Shown: positions 20,971-29,228 of the stretch, piece by piece
Numbering within the stretch: position 1 is the stretch's first letter
Layout: each line of letters begins with the position of its first letter
From: Desulfobacteraceae bacterium
Lineage (GTDB): Bacteria; Desulfobacterota; Desulfobacteria; Desulfobacterales; JALSRD01
NCBI GenBank assembly: GCA_027061725.1
Contig: JAMOVG010000129.1
Location: 1-50,294 of the forward strand
DNA: 50,294 nucleotides
Direction of reading: 5' to 3'
The notes under the pieces: model-generated
The model's database searches: none
Told to the model about the DNA's origin: nothing
What the model saw: the letters and a program-made list of their open reading frames with translations, nothing else
Made by a program: the position numbers and the translations under genes

Positions 20971-21008
20971 ACAGCGGAACCGGTTCCACAAGCGAATAGG
21001 AGGAGTAG

Positions 21009-21647
21009 ATGGCGGTAGTCACCATTTCCAGACAGTTTGGTGCGGGCGGCAAGACCCTGGGCAGAATGATCGCCGAAAAACTAGGATACACTTTCGCGGA
21101 CAACGACATCATTCAGCGCATCGCCCAGGAGGCCAACGTCTCCGCCAACTGGGTGGAGGCGTTTGAAAAAGAGGCCGGCAGCAAGATCTCGCGGATGGTC
21201 TCCAGCATGGTCTCCCAGCGCTTGGTGGACCGTATTCTCAAGGACGAACGGGGGTACATCGACGAAAAGATCTACCTGGACTACCTGGTGCTGATCATCG
21301 CCCAGATCGCCGATGAGGGCAACGTGGTCATCCTGGGGCGCGGCAGCCAGTACATCCTCAACGACCATCCGGACGCTTATCACATCCTGCTCATCGATGA
21401 GTTCGAAAACCGCGTGAAATTCATGATGGAGCACTACGGCATGTCCTCGCGCAAGGCCGTGAACGTGGTCACCGCCGAAGACAAGCGCCGGGCCAACCTT
21501 TACAGAAAGTTGGGCAAAAAGGACTACGACAACCCGTCCCTGTACCACTTGGTGCTCAACAGGGGCCGGTTGACACTGGACGTCGCCATGCACCTGGCCT
21601 GTGAATTGGTCTATACCGGCAAGGCCCACCCGGAAACGGACCGTTAA
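21009..21647 (+). CDS. Cytidylate kinase-like family protein
   Basis: VVTISRQFGAGG, VILGRG, DKRR and YHLVLN motifs; AGGAGG RBS. Confidence 0.88.
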   Translation: MAVVTISRQFGAGGKTLGRMIAEKLGYTFADNDIIQRIAQEANVSANWVEAFEKEAGSKISRMVSSMVSQRLVDRILKDERGYIDEKIYLDYLVLIIAQIADEGNVVILGRGSQYILNDHPDAYHILLIDEFENRVKFMMEHYGMSSRKAVNVVTAEDKRRANLYRKLGKKDYDNPSLYHLVLNRGRLTLDVAMHLACELVYTGKAHPETDR

Positions 21648-21653
21648 TTGATG

Positions 21654-21683
21654 TTGACACGCCGATAGAAGGTCTGTTATCTA
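21654..21683 (+). promoter_or_regulatory. Putative sigma70 promoter of the Fo operon
   Basis: Perfect TTGACA followed after 18 nt by TATCTA, with a TG extension; the -10 element is imperfect. Confidence 0.4.
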
Positions 21684-21785
21684 AAGCGTCTTGTTTTTCA
21701 AATGCCTGCGTAATCGTCTGCCGGCTGGTTGAGGGTGTTTGAAGCCGGCGACGGTGCAATGCTGCAGGGGAAGGCTCGTTTCCCG

Positions 21786-22061
21786 ATGTTCTTTGATTAC
21801 AAGAAAAACCGGGCATGGGCCGAGAACCTGACCATTGTGATGCAGCTCGGGCTTACCATGGCCGGCTGTATTGCATTTTGCTTTTTCATCGGCCGCTATC
21901 TGGACCGATTGCTGGGGACCCGGGGCGTTTTCATCACCATTTTTACGATTCTGGGTGTCGTTGGCGGCGCGGTCGTCGCCTACCGTCAAATCATGGAAAT
22001 CACCGGAACCCGGGACGAAGACCAAAACGACGGGGAGCCGCCGGATGGGCGCACCGGATAG
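21786..22061 (+). CDS. atpZ: AtpZ/AtpI-family Fo accessory protein
   Basis: Two TM helices with the G.YLDR.LGT signature; first gene of the atp cluster. Confidence 0.8.
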   Translation: MFFDYKKNRAWAENLTIVMQLGLTMAGCIAFCFFIGRYLDRLLGTRGVFITIFTILGVVGGAVVAYRQIMEITGTRDEDQNDGEPPDGRTG

Positions 22062-22434
22062 AGCATTGCAGAAGAAATACGGCTCCAGGGCGATGGCAGT
22101 GGCCATCGTGGTGGGGCTTTTTTTTATCGCCGGCGGTTACAAACCCCTGGCCAAGGGACTCGTGCTGGGCAGCCTGTTTTCGGTCATCAATTTCGTCATC
22201 ATGGGTGAAACCCTGCCGTCGCGACTGGGAAAGAGCCGCCGCGGCGCCTTTGTGGCTTCACTGGGCTCCATCTTTTTCCGTTACGCGCTCATGGCCGTGC
22301 CGCTTGTCGTGGCCATTAAAATGGAGCAGGTGGACCTGGTCACCACGGTGGTGGGCCTGTTCATGATCCAGGTGGTGATCCTGGCGGATCACGTGCTGGG
22401 CGGTCTCAGGAGAAAACACCCCAAACAGGTATAG
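22045..22434 (+). CDS. atpI: ATP synthase protein I
   Basis: Four TM helices; GLVLG..SVINF and FRY motifs; directly upstream of atpB. Confidence 0.8.
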   Translation: MGAPDRALQKKYGSRAMAVAIVVGLFFIAGGYKPLAKGLVLGSLFSVINFVIMGETLPSRLGKSRRGAFVASLGSIFFRYALMAVPLVVAIKMEQVDLVTTVVGLFMIQVVILADHVLGGLRRKHPKQV

Positions 22435-22447
22435 GAATGCCGTCACC

Positions 22448-23122
22448 ATGGAAGATCTGGGAAAGATACATCAGCTGATCATTCATCTGGGCGGGTATGA
22501 CATCACCCTTAATCTCGAAGTGATACTGATGACATGGATTGTCATCGGGATGCTGACGCTTTTCGGTTATTTGGCCACCCGGCGGGCAGGACTGGTCCCG
22601 CGGCAGTTCCAGGTGCTCGGCGAGATTTTCGTGGGGGTGTTTTTCAAGATCACCGAGGATGCTCTGGACAAGGAGCGCGCCGAGAAATACGGCCCCCTGG
22701 TGGTCGCCCTGTTCATGTTCCTGATGCTCTCCAACTGGTTGGGCATTATCCCCCACCTGGAAGAGCCCACCAAGGACCTGAACACCCCTTTCGCCCTGGG
22801 CATCATGGGATTTGTCATTGCGCATTACGCCGGCATCCGCTCAAAGGGCTTCAAAGCGTACATCAACGAGTATTTTCAGCCCATGTTTTTTATGGCGCCG
22901 CTGAACATCATCGGCGAGCTGTCCAAGATTGTGTCCATCTCGTTCCGTCTGTTCGGTAACATCATGGGGGGGGCCATTATCATTCTGGTGGTTTCCCATC
23001 TGACCTACAGTATCGTGCTGCCGCCGCTGCTCAACGCCTTCTTCGGGCTCTTCGTGGGCACTATCCAGGCGTTTGTTTTCACCATGCTGACGGTGGTGTA
23101 CATTTCGGTGCAGGTTAAATAA
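22448..23122 (+). CDS. atpB: Fo subunit a (Na+-type-like)
   Basis: PTKDLNT, SISFRLFGNIMGG (essential Arg) and IQAFVFTML motifs. Confidence 0.96.
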   Translation: MEDLGKIHQLIIHLGGYDITLNLEVILMTWIVIGMLTLFGYLATRRAGLVPRQFQVLGEIFVGVFFKITEDALDKERAEKYGPLVVALFMFLMLSNWLGIIPHLEEPTKDLNTPFALGIMGFVIAHYAGIRSKGFKAYINEYFQPMFFMAPLNIIGELSKIVSISFRLFGNIMGGAIIILVVSHLTYSIVLPPLLNAFFGLFVGTIQAFVFTMLTVVYISVQVK

Positions 23123-23126
23123 AATG

Positions 23127-23224
23127 AGGTATCAGCTCTCAGGTATCCGGGAAAGGGTATTGTCTGCCGAGCAAAGCGATAGCGCCATCGAGAGCTGATA
23201 ATTGATTGCTGACAGCTGATACCT
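23127..23224. repeat. Heptamer-based inverted repeat between atpB and atpE1
   Basis: Perfect aggtatcagct/agctgatacct (23127-23137/23214-23224), extending to 16 bp with one mismatch. Confidence 0.7.
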
Positions 23225-23238
23225 TCAGGACCCAAATC

Positions 23239-24213
23239 ATGCAAATGGATGTAGACACACTGATCAGAGTCGCGGCCTTTACGGGCGGCGGTATCGCCAT
23301 GGGCTTTGGGGCCATCGGCGCGGCCATCGGTGAGGGGTACACCGCGGCGCAGGCCAACGTGGCCGTTTCGCGCAACCCCTCCCTGTCCGGCGACCTGTTC
23401 AAGAACATGCTGGTGGGGCAGGCCGTGGCCGAGTCCGCCTCGATTTTCGCCCTGGTGATCGCCATCCTGCTGCTTTTCCTGGATGTTCCGGGCCACAGCA
23501 AGCTGACGGCGGCGGCGCTGTTCGGCGCCGGCCTGTGCATCGGTTTCGGGGCCATCGGGTCCGGCATCGGGTCGGGGTTTCCCGGGGGCCAATGCTGCAT
23601 GGGAATTGCGCGGCAGCCGGCGGTGGTGTCTAAGATGACCACCAACATGCTGATCGGGTCGGCGGTATGCCAGACGCCCGCCATTTTCTCAATGGTGGTG
23701 GCCCTGATGCTGCTCTTCATGGATTTTTCCAAGCTGCCGCTGTTTCCCACCTGGGCGGCCCTGATCGGGGCCGGCGTCAGCACCGGCCTGGCGGCCATCG
23801 GGTCGGGGTACGGCGGAGGCCTTGCGGCCGGGGCCAGCTGTGAGGGGCTGGCGCGGCAGCCCGAGGCGGGCAGCAACCTGACCACCACCATGCTGGTGGG
23901 CCAGGCCGTGGCCCAGACTCCCTCTATTTTCGGACTGCTGATCAGTTTTATCCTGATTTTCAAAACCTTTCCCGAGTCCACGAGCCTCAGCGCCGCCATG
24001 GCATTGCTCTCGGCGGGCATCTGTATGGGGTTCGGGGGCATCGGCCCGGGAATCGGCAACGGCATGGCGGCTGAAGGGGCCGTGCGGTGGGTCGCCCGCA
24101 ACATAAAAAGCGCCGGTGAACTGATGCGCATCATGCTGGTGGGGCAGGCGGTCTCCCAGTCCACGTCGATTTACGCCATGGTCATCAGCCTGGTGCTGAT
24201 ATTCGTGTTATAG
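23239..24213 (+). CDS. atpE: Quadruple (four-hairpin, 8-TM) fused Fo subunit c with a single essential Glu
   Basis: Four ~80-aa c repeats with GxGxGxG inner helices and RNP/RQP/RQP/RNI loops; outer helices AVAES, AVCQT, AVAQT and AVSQS. Confidence 0.92.
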   Translation: MQMDVDTLIRVAAFTGGGIAMGFGAIGAAIGEGYTAAQANVAVSRNPSLSGDLFKNMLVGQAVAESASIFALVIAILLLFLDVPGHSKLTAAALFGAGLCIGFGAIGSGIGSGFPGGQCCMGIARQPAVVSKMTTNMLIGSAVCQTPAIFSMVVALMLLFMDFSKLPLFPTWAALIGAGVSTGLAAIGSGYGGGLAAGASCEGLARQPEAGSNLTTTMLVGQAVAQTPSIFGLLISFILIFKTFPESTSLSAAMALLSAGICMGFGGIGPGIGNGMAAEGAVRWVARNIKSAGELMRIMLVGQAVSQSTSIYAMVISLVLIFVL

Positions 24214-24333
24214 AAATCGCATAAGGGGACGTCCTTAAAAAATTCAATAACTGCATTTTGCATTTTCCATATCATCTAAAAATGAGCTGTGCGCGGCTCA
24301 CGACAACTTCAATGACGGTTTTAGGAGGGAAAA

Positions 24334-24582
24334 ATGGCGATCGAAGGTGTTGATATTGTAAAGGCGGCGGCATTTCTGGGTGCCGGCATCTCCATGGGGC
24401 TGGGCGCCATCGGACCCGGCGTGGGTGAAGGCATGGTGGCCGCCAAGGCCTGTGAAGCCATCGGGAAAAACCCCAAGGAAGCCGGTCTGCTGACCCGCAC
24501 CATGCTGGTCGGCCAGGCGGTGTCCGAGTCCACGGGTATTTACTCACTGGTCATCGCGCTGCTGCTGCTGTTTGTGGTCTAA
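24334..24582 (+). CDS. atpE: Fo subunit c monomer, Na+-binding type
   Basis: GPGVGEG and GQAVSESTGIY (E32/E65/S66/T67/Y70-type Na+ signature); AGGAGG RBS. Confidence 0.97.
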   Translation: MAIEGVDIVKAAAFLGAGISMGLGAIGPGVGEGMVAAKACEAIGKNPKEAGLLTRTMLVGQAVSESTGIYSLVIALLLLFVV

Positions 24583-24606
24583 ACGCAAAAATTGCAAGGG
24601 CCGTCC

Positions 24607-25065
24607 ATGGAGATCATCACCAATATAGCGCTCATCAGCATCAATGGTACGCTCATTGCCCAACTGGTGTTCTTTCTGATTTTTCTCTTCATCATCAACC
24701 GGGTCATGATTCAACCCCTGCGCCGGGTGATGAGCGAGCGGGAAGGACACCTGCACCAGTTGAAGCAGGATATCGACCAGGCCAGGATGGATTATGAGCA
24801 GCTCAGTGAGACCGTCAAGCGGGAAGAGATCGAGGCGCGGAGCGAAGCGGCGCGGGTGATGCTGGAACTGGAAGCCGCCGGCATGAAAGAGGCGAGCCGG
24901 ATCGTATCCGAGGCCCAGCAGGAGATCGAAAAGCTGCGGGCCGAGGAGCGCCACCGGCTGGAGGCACAAGTCAGCGAGGCGCGGCGCGTCATCGGCCGTG
25001 AGGCCGAGGCCCTGGCAATGGACATCATGGAAAAAGTGCTGGACCGGAGGCTGGCCCATGAATAG
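24607..25065 (+). CDS. atpF2: Fo subunit b'
   Basis: N-terminal TM (NGTLIAQLVFFLIFLF..QPL) followed by a charged coiled coil. Confidence 0.88.
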   Translation: MEIITNIALISINGTLIAQLVFFLIFLFIINRVMIQPLRRVMSEREGHLHQLKQDIDQARMDYEQLSETVKREEIEARSEAARVMLELEAAGMKEASRIVSEAQQEIEKLRAEERHRLEAQVSEARRVIGREAEALAMDIMEKVLDRRLAHE

Positions 25066-25651
25066 CGTGCTGACAGGGATGCGCCGATGGATGCCGGTCG
25101 TGGTAACGGCCGGTGCGCTGGTCATACTGCTGCCCCTTGCCGCAGCCGCGGCGGGCCAGGAAGCCGCCGGCTGGCGACCGACCTACGACCTGATCATGAA
25201 GTGGGTCAATTTCCTGATCCTTGTTTTCGTGATTGTCAAGTTCGCCCGCGTGCCGCTGAGGAGTTTTCTCAAACAGAAAGAGGTCGAGGTCTCCAGCGAG
25301 ATCGAGGCTATGGAGGCCGAGAAGAGGGCCGCCGAGGAAAAGATCGCCGAGGTGCGCCGGGCCATCGAGCACCGCCAGGAGCGCTTCGAGGAAATCAAGG
25401 CGCGCATGCTCCGCCAGGGCAAGCGGCGCAAGGAGAACATCATCGAGGGCGCCCGCCGGGAGAGCCGCATGATGATCGAGGCTGCCCGCCACAAGGTGGA
25501 GGGACAGATCCGCCAGGCGCACGAGAAGCTGCGGGAGGAGATGGTTGACCTGGCCATCAACCTGGCCATGAAGCGGTTGCCCGAGGTGATTAAGGAGACC
25601 GACAACCAGAAGTTGCTGAGCCGGTACCTGGAGGCCGTGGAACAGCAGTGA
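25058..25651 (+). CDS. atpF: Fo subunit b
   Basis: N-terminal extension, WVNFLIL TM helix, coiled coil, DNQKLL..YL end. Confidence 0.88.
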   Translation: MNSVLTGMRRWMPVVVTAGALVILLPLAAAAAGQEAAGWRPTYDLIMKWVNFLILVFVIVKFARVPLRSFLKQKEVEVSSEIEAMEAEKRAAEEKIAEVRRAIEHRQERFEEIKARMLRQGKRRKENIIEGARRESRMMIEAARHKVEGQIRQAHEKLREEMVDLAINLAMKRLPEVIKETDNQKLLSRYLEAVEQQ

Positions 25652-25720
25652 GGGAAGGGCGCAAAGGCGAAGGGCAAAAATGCCCATAGGGGCAGAGGCA
25701 CAAGGGCACAGAGGTAAAGC
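25652..25720 (+). repeat. 8-bp-period purine-rich repeat after atpF
   Basis: agggcgca ... taggggca gaggcaca agggcaca gaggtaaa. Confidence 0.6.
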
Positions 25721-25770
25721 GATAGGGAACCGACGGGCGTGTCCGTTGCCGGTGGCCCGCTGGGAAATGA

Positions 25771-25809
25771 AAACCCCCGCCGCGAAAGGCAACTTTCGGA
25801 CGGGGGTTT
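25771..25809. terminator. Probable bidirectional terminator between atpF and sixA
   Basis: Hairpin aaacccccg..cgaaag-gcaa-ctttcg..cgggggttt between convergent genes. Confidence 0.7.
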
Positions 25810-25832
25810 GCTGTTTCCGGGCGAAGCGCTGC

Positions 25833-26294
25833 TTAACCGATGTGCGGCATCAGGGTCCAGACGATGAGCCACCGGGGATCTTCCGGTGTCTTGCGAAGGC
25901 AGACGATGCCCGAGTTCTGGAACTTGAACACCGCCGGCTCCTGCCTTCCCAGGATCAGGTGGGACGTCATCCGTGCCATGAAGGGCAGGTGGCCCACCAG
26001 CATGATATCCTCGAACTCCGGGATACGCGCAGCCAGGGCGGCCACGTCGTCCAGGGGCTTGAGTCCCTCCATTTTCAGGATCCCCTTTTCGGGGCGCAGG
26101 TATTCCGCCATGATCTCGGCGGTCTGGCGGGCGCGGGTCTTGGTGCTGTGCCAGATGGCGCTCACGGGCACCTTGTAGCCGGCTGCAACTTCGGCAATGC
26201 GTCGCGTGTCGGCCCGGCCTTCCTCCGAGAGCCCCTGGCGGGGATCTATTTCCTTTGAAAGACTCTTGCCGTGCTGAACCAGGTAAAGGGCCAT
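25833..26294 (-). CDS. sixA: Phosphohistidine phosphatase SixA
   Basis: LYLVQHG, HS.K.RA.QTA and LVGHLP motifs. Confidence 0.88.
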   Translation of the reverse strand: MALYLVQHGKSLSKEIDPRQGLSEEGRADTRRIAEVAAGYKVPVSAIWHSTKTRARQTAEIMAEYLRPEKGILKMEGLKPLDDVAALAARIPEFEDIMLVGHLPFMARMTSHLILGRQEPAVFKFQNSGIVCLRKTPEDPRWLIVWTLMPHIG

Positions 26295-26313
26295 TTTGCG
26301 CTCCCGTTTCGCT

Positions 26314-26856
26314 CTACTCGTCGCCCTCAGCCGCCTCGACGCCCTTGCTGAAGTCGGTGGGCACATTTACCGCCCGCTGACCCAGTTCGCGGTCGATCAT
26401 CATGATGCCGTGGGGGTGGCCTTCGACCATTTTGAGCTGGTTGATGATCTCGTTGTCGTTGTCTTCCTCTTCCACCTGTTCGGTGATGTACCACTGCAGG
26501 AAGATCTGGGTGGCGTGGTCCTTCTCGGCGATGGCCACTTCCATAAGGTTGTTGATGGACTTGGTCACAAACTGCTCGTGCTCCAGCGTTTTGGTGAACA
26601 TATCCAGCACGGATTCAAATTCCAGGGGCGGCTGTGCGATGGCCTTGAGCTGCACCCGGCCGCCCTGCTGCTGAACGTACTCGTACATTTTCATGGCGTG
26701 GTACATCTCTTCGTGAAACTGCACCATGAACCAGTTGGCGAACCCGTTCAGGCCCATGTCCTTGGACTGCGCCGACATAGCCATGTAGAGATAGGCCGAG
26801 TACATTTCCTTGTTAATCTGTTCGTTCAATTCCGCCAGCATTTTTTCGCTCAGCAT
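26314..26856 (-). CDS. ftnA: Non-heme ferritin
   Basis: QINKEMYSAYLY, EEMYHA, EHE and FLQWYITEQVEEE ferroxidase motifs. Confidence 0.95.
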   Translation of the reverse strand: MLSEKMLAELNEQINKEMYSAYLYMAMSAQSKDMGLNGFANWFMVQFHEEMYHAMKMYEYVQQQGGRVQLKAIAQPPLEFESVLDMFTKTLEHEQFVTKSINNLMEVAIAEKDHATQIFLQWYITEQVEEEDNDNEIINQLKMVEGHPHGIMMIDRELGQRAVNVPTDFSKGVEAAEGDE

Positions 26857-27050
26857 CAGAGATTCTCCTTTCCCTCGTGGATAACGTTTTCAGAGGCGCA
26901 AGTTTTCTATTACCATAATACTGTTTGATGAAAAAACAAGGTAGGATTGGCCGGTGTCGGGAATACGTTGGCCGTTCTGAAAACGATATGGGCAACGCTG
27001 TGCGTGGCTCGCTCAAGAAGTCGCCGCGGACAAGCGACGACAGACAGCAG

Positions 27051-27608
27051 CTATTGTCGCGGGGCTAATCCGCTTTTTTTCTTGGCGGCCTTTTTGGCCG
27101 CGGCTTTCTTGGCGGCTTCCGCTTTTTTCCGTTCGTCTTCGGCCTTCTTGCGGGCGATGGCCTGGTTGAGGCGTTTGTTCAGCCGCTTGTAGACCTCTTC
27201 GTCGTAGACGCCGATTTCCTCGGAGTGCAGCCGCCAGATTTCCAGGCAGATGCGGGCCTCGTAGAAATTGTTGCGGGCCAGATAGTCCTCGAAATAACTC
27301 CGGTTGGCGGCGATGGAGGCCTGGTAAATGCGCTTCTTGAAGCTGTCGTAGAGGGCCTGGTCGAAGGTGCCGGCATCGATGGCGTTGCTGCGCCAGATGT
27401 TGAGCGCCGCGCGGGCGCTGTAGAAACCGTCCTTCTTGATGGCGCGTTCCAGGCGCATCAGGCTGGCCTTGGCTTGGCGCAGGAGCACCTTCTGGTGCGG
27501 ATCGGATTTTTCGGTTTTCTTCCCGCCGGTTGCCGCGGCCGGAGAAACCCCTGCCAGCAGGCAGAGCACCGCCGCCAGCAAGGCGAAGGAAAGGGCCAGC
27601 TGCTTCAT
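27051..27608 (-). CDS. Secreted hypothetical protein with an internal duplication and a Lys/Ala-rich tail
   Basis: Signal peptide; two repeats FY.AR..L.IWR......G.(F/Y)D...Y; directly downstream of fabH. Confidence 0.75.
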   Translation of the reverse strand: MKQLALSFALLAAVLCLLAGVSPAAATGGKKTEKSDPHQKVLLRQAKASLMRLERAIKKDGFYSARAALNIWRSNAIDAGTFDQALYDSFKKRIYQASIAANRSYFEDYLARNNFYEARICLEIWRLHSEEIGVYDEEVYKRLNKRLNQAIARKKAEDERKKAEAAKKAAAKKAAKKKSGLAPRQ

Positions 27609-27614
27609 CGCTGT

Positions 27615-28610
27615 TTACATGGACCACTTCAATAGTGCAGCCCCCCAGGTAAGGCCGGCGCCAAAGCTGACCAGGAGCACGTTGTCCCCGGTTTTCAGAA
27701 GGCCGGCGTGGTTGGCTTCGTCCAGGGCGATGGGGATGGAGGCCGACGAGGTGTTGCCGTATTTGTGCACGTTGGTGAACACCTTCTCCAGGGGGATGCC
27801 CAGGGTATGGGCCAGAGCGTCGATGATACGGATGTTGGCCTGGTGGGGAACCACCAGGCGGATGTCTTCGGCCGTCAGGTTGTTTTTCTCCAGGGCGTCG
27901 CGGGAGATGGCTGCCATGTAGCTCACCGCCCGTTTGAAAAGGCGGTTTCCCTCCATGCGCAGGGTAAAGGGTTTGGTGTCGATGTCCTTCAGGATCTCGG
28001 GGATCGTCGAGGTGCTGTACGTGGAGTAGAGCAGTTCGCCGAGGTTGCCGTCGGATTTGAGGTGGGTAGACAGGATACCGTTGGAATCTTCGCGGGCGTC
28101 GACCACCACGGCACCGGCGCCGTCGGCCAGTAGCACGCAGGTGCTGCGGTCCTGCCAGTCCACGATGGAGGACAAGCGTTCGATACCGGCCACCAGCACA
28201 CGCCGGCAGTGGCCCGCACGGATGGCGTTATCGGCCATGGCCAGGGCGTACAGAAAGCCGGTGCAGCCGGCCGATATGTCGAAGGCGCCTGCATTGACGG
28301 CGTTGATTTCCTTCTGCACCATGCAGGCCGCGGAGGGAAACTGGTTGTCCGGCGTGACCGTGCCCACGACGATCATGTCCAGGCTGTCAGCCGTTACACC
28401 CGCCATTTCCATGGCTTTAACGGCCGCCCGCGTGCCCAGGTCCGTGGATGTCTCGTTGCGGTGTATCGACGAAATGCGTCGATCCCTGATGCCGGTTCTT
28501 CGGGTGATCCACTCGTCGGAAGTGTCGACGATCTCTTCCAGATCCTGGTTGGACAGCACGCGCTCGGGCACAGATGACCCGGTACCGATAATGCAGGATT
28601 TATACGGCAT
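27615..28610 (-). CDS. fabH: Beta-ketoacyl-ACP synthase III
   Basis: DTSDEWI..RTGI, AGCTGF, PHQAN, GNTSSAS and FGAGLTWG motifs. Confidence 0.95.
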   Translation of the reverse strand: MPYKSCIIGTGSSVPERVLSNQDLEEIVDTSDEWITRRTGIRDRRISSIHRNETSTDLGTRAAVKAMEMAGVTADSLDMIVVGTVTPDNQFPSAACMVQKEINAVNAGAFDISAGCTGFLYALAMADNAIRAGHCRRVLVAGIERLSSIVDWQDRSTCVLLADGAGAVVVDAREDSNGILSTHLKSDGNLGELLYSTYSTSTIPEILKDIDTKPFTLRMEGNRLFKRAVSYMAAISRDALEKNNLTAEDIRLVVPHQANIRIIDALAHTLGIPLEKVFTNVHKYGNTSSASIPIALDEANHAGLLKTGDNVLLVSFGAGLTWGAALLKWSM

Positions 28611-28999
28611 GATTTTTCTTTAAAATGAGCGGTTATGAATTTTTGGATGTTTGGCCTGAAATATAGTAAAAATGGGAGGATGTCAACGAGATTGGGAAAT
28701 AGATGAGTGAAGGTATACGTATCAGGTATCGGCGATCAGCTGTCCGGTTTCAGGGGAAAGCATCCTGGGCGGCTGTCAGGACGTGGAGCCAAGGCGATTG
28801 CAGGTTACGGCCCGTCGAAGCCAGGTGCATGCAAGCCATGAAAGACCCCGGCAATGACCACGCCGATTGGTATGGGCGATTGCGCTGGGGGTGGAACTGA
28901 AAAATGTTGACGAAACAGGCATTAGCGAATAGAGATGACTGCAGTTCATGCCATGGCAGAGGCGCGGCGTGCCCCTGTCGTCAAAGGAGATGATGCCTG

Positions 29000-29197
29000 A
29001 TGTCCTGGCTTTTTCCGCTTGTGAAAGCAGCGGCGGTGCTGGCGGCCGCCGGACTCCTGGGAAACTGGTTTCTGACCGAGCTTAAAAGGGCACGGGCCCA
29101 GGGCAAGCCCTGGTACGCGCCGTACGTATCTGTGCCCGGCTTGCTGATTATTCTGGCGGTGCTGCTGCCGCTGCTATTGAAATGGATCAGACCCTGA
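29000..29197 (+). CDS. Small two-TM membrane protein
   Basis: AAGGAG RBS; two hydrophobic segments around KPWYAPY. Confidence 0.6.
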   Translation: MSWLFPLVKAAAVLAAAGLLGNWFLTELKRARAQGKPWYAPYVSVPGLLIILAVLLPLLLKWIRP

Positions 29198-29228
29198 CCT
29201 GAAATACGGATGCGAAAGGAAACACGAG

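Noticed and set aside
21786-25651. Classical N-ATPase operon
   Set aside because: The c monomer has the two-Glu motif, but the atpDC-QR-BEFAG gene order and all F1 genes are absent, and there are two separate b genes.
28703-28900. 65-aa ORF between fabH and the S1 operon
   Set aside because: It is translated largely from the heptamer repeat array and has no protein-like features.
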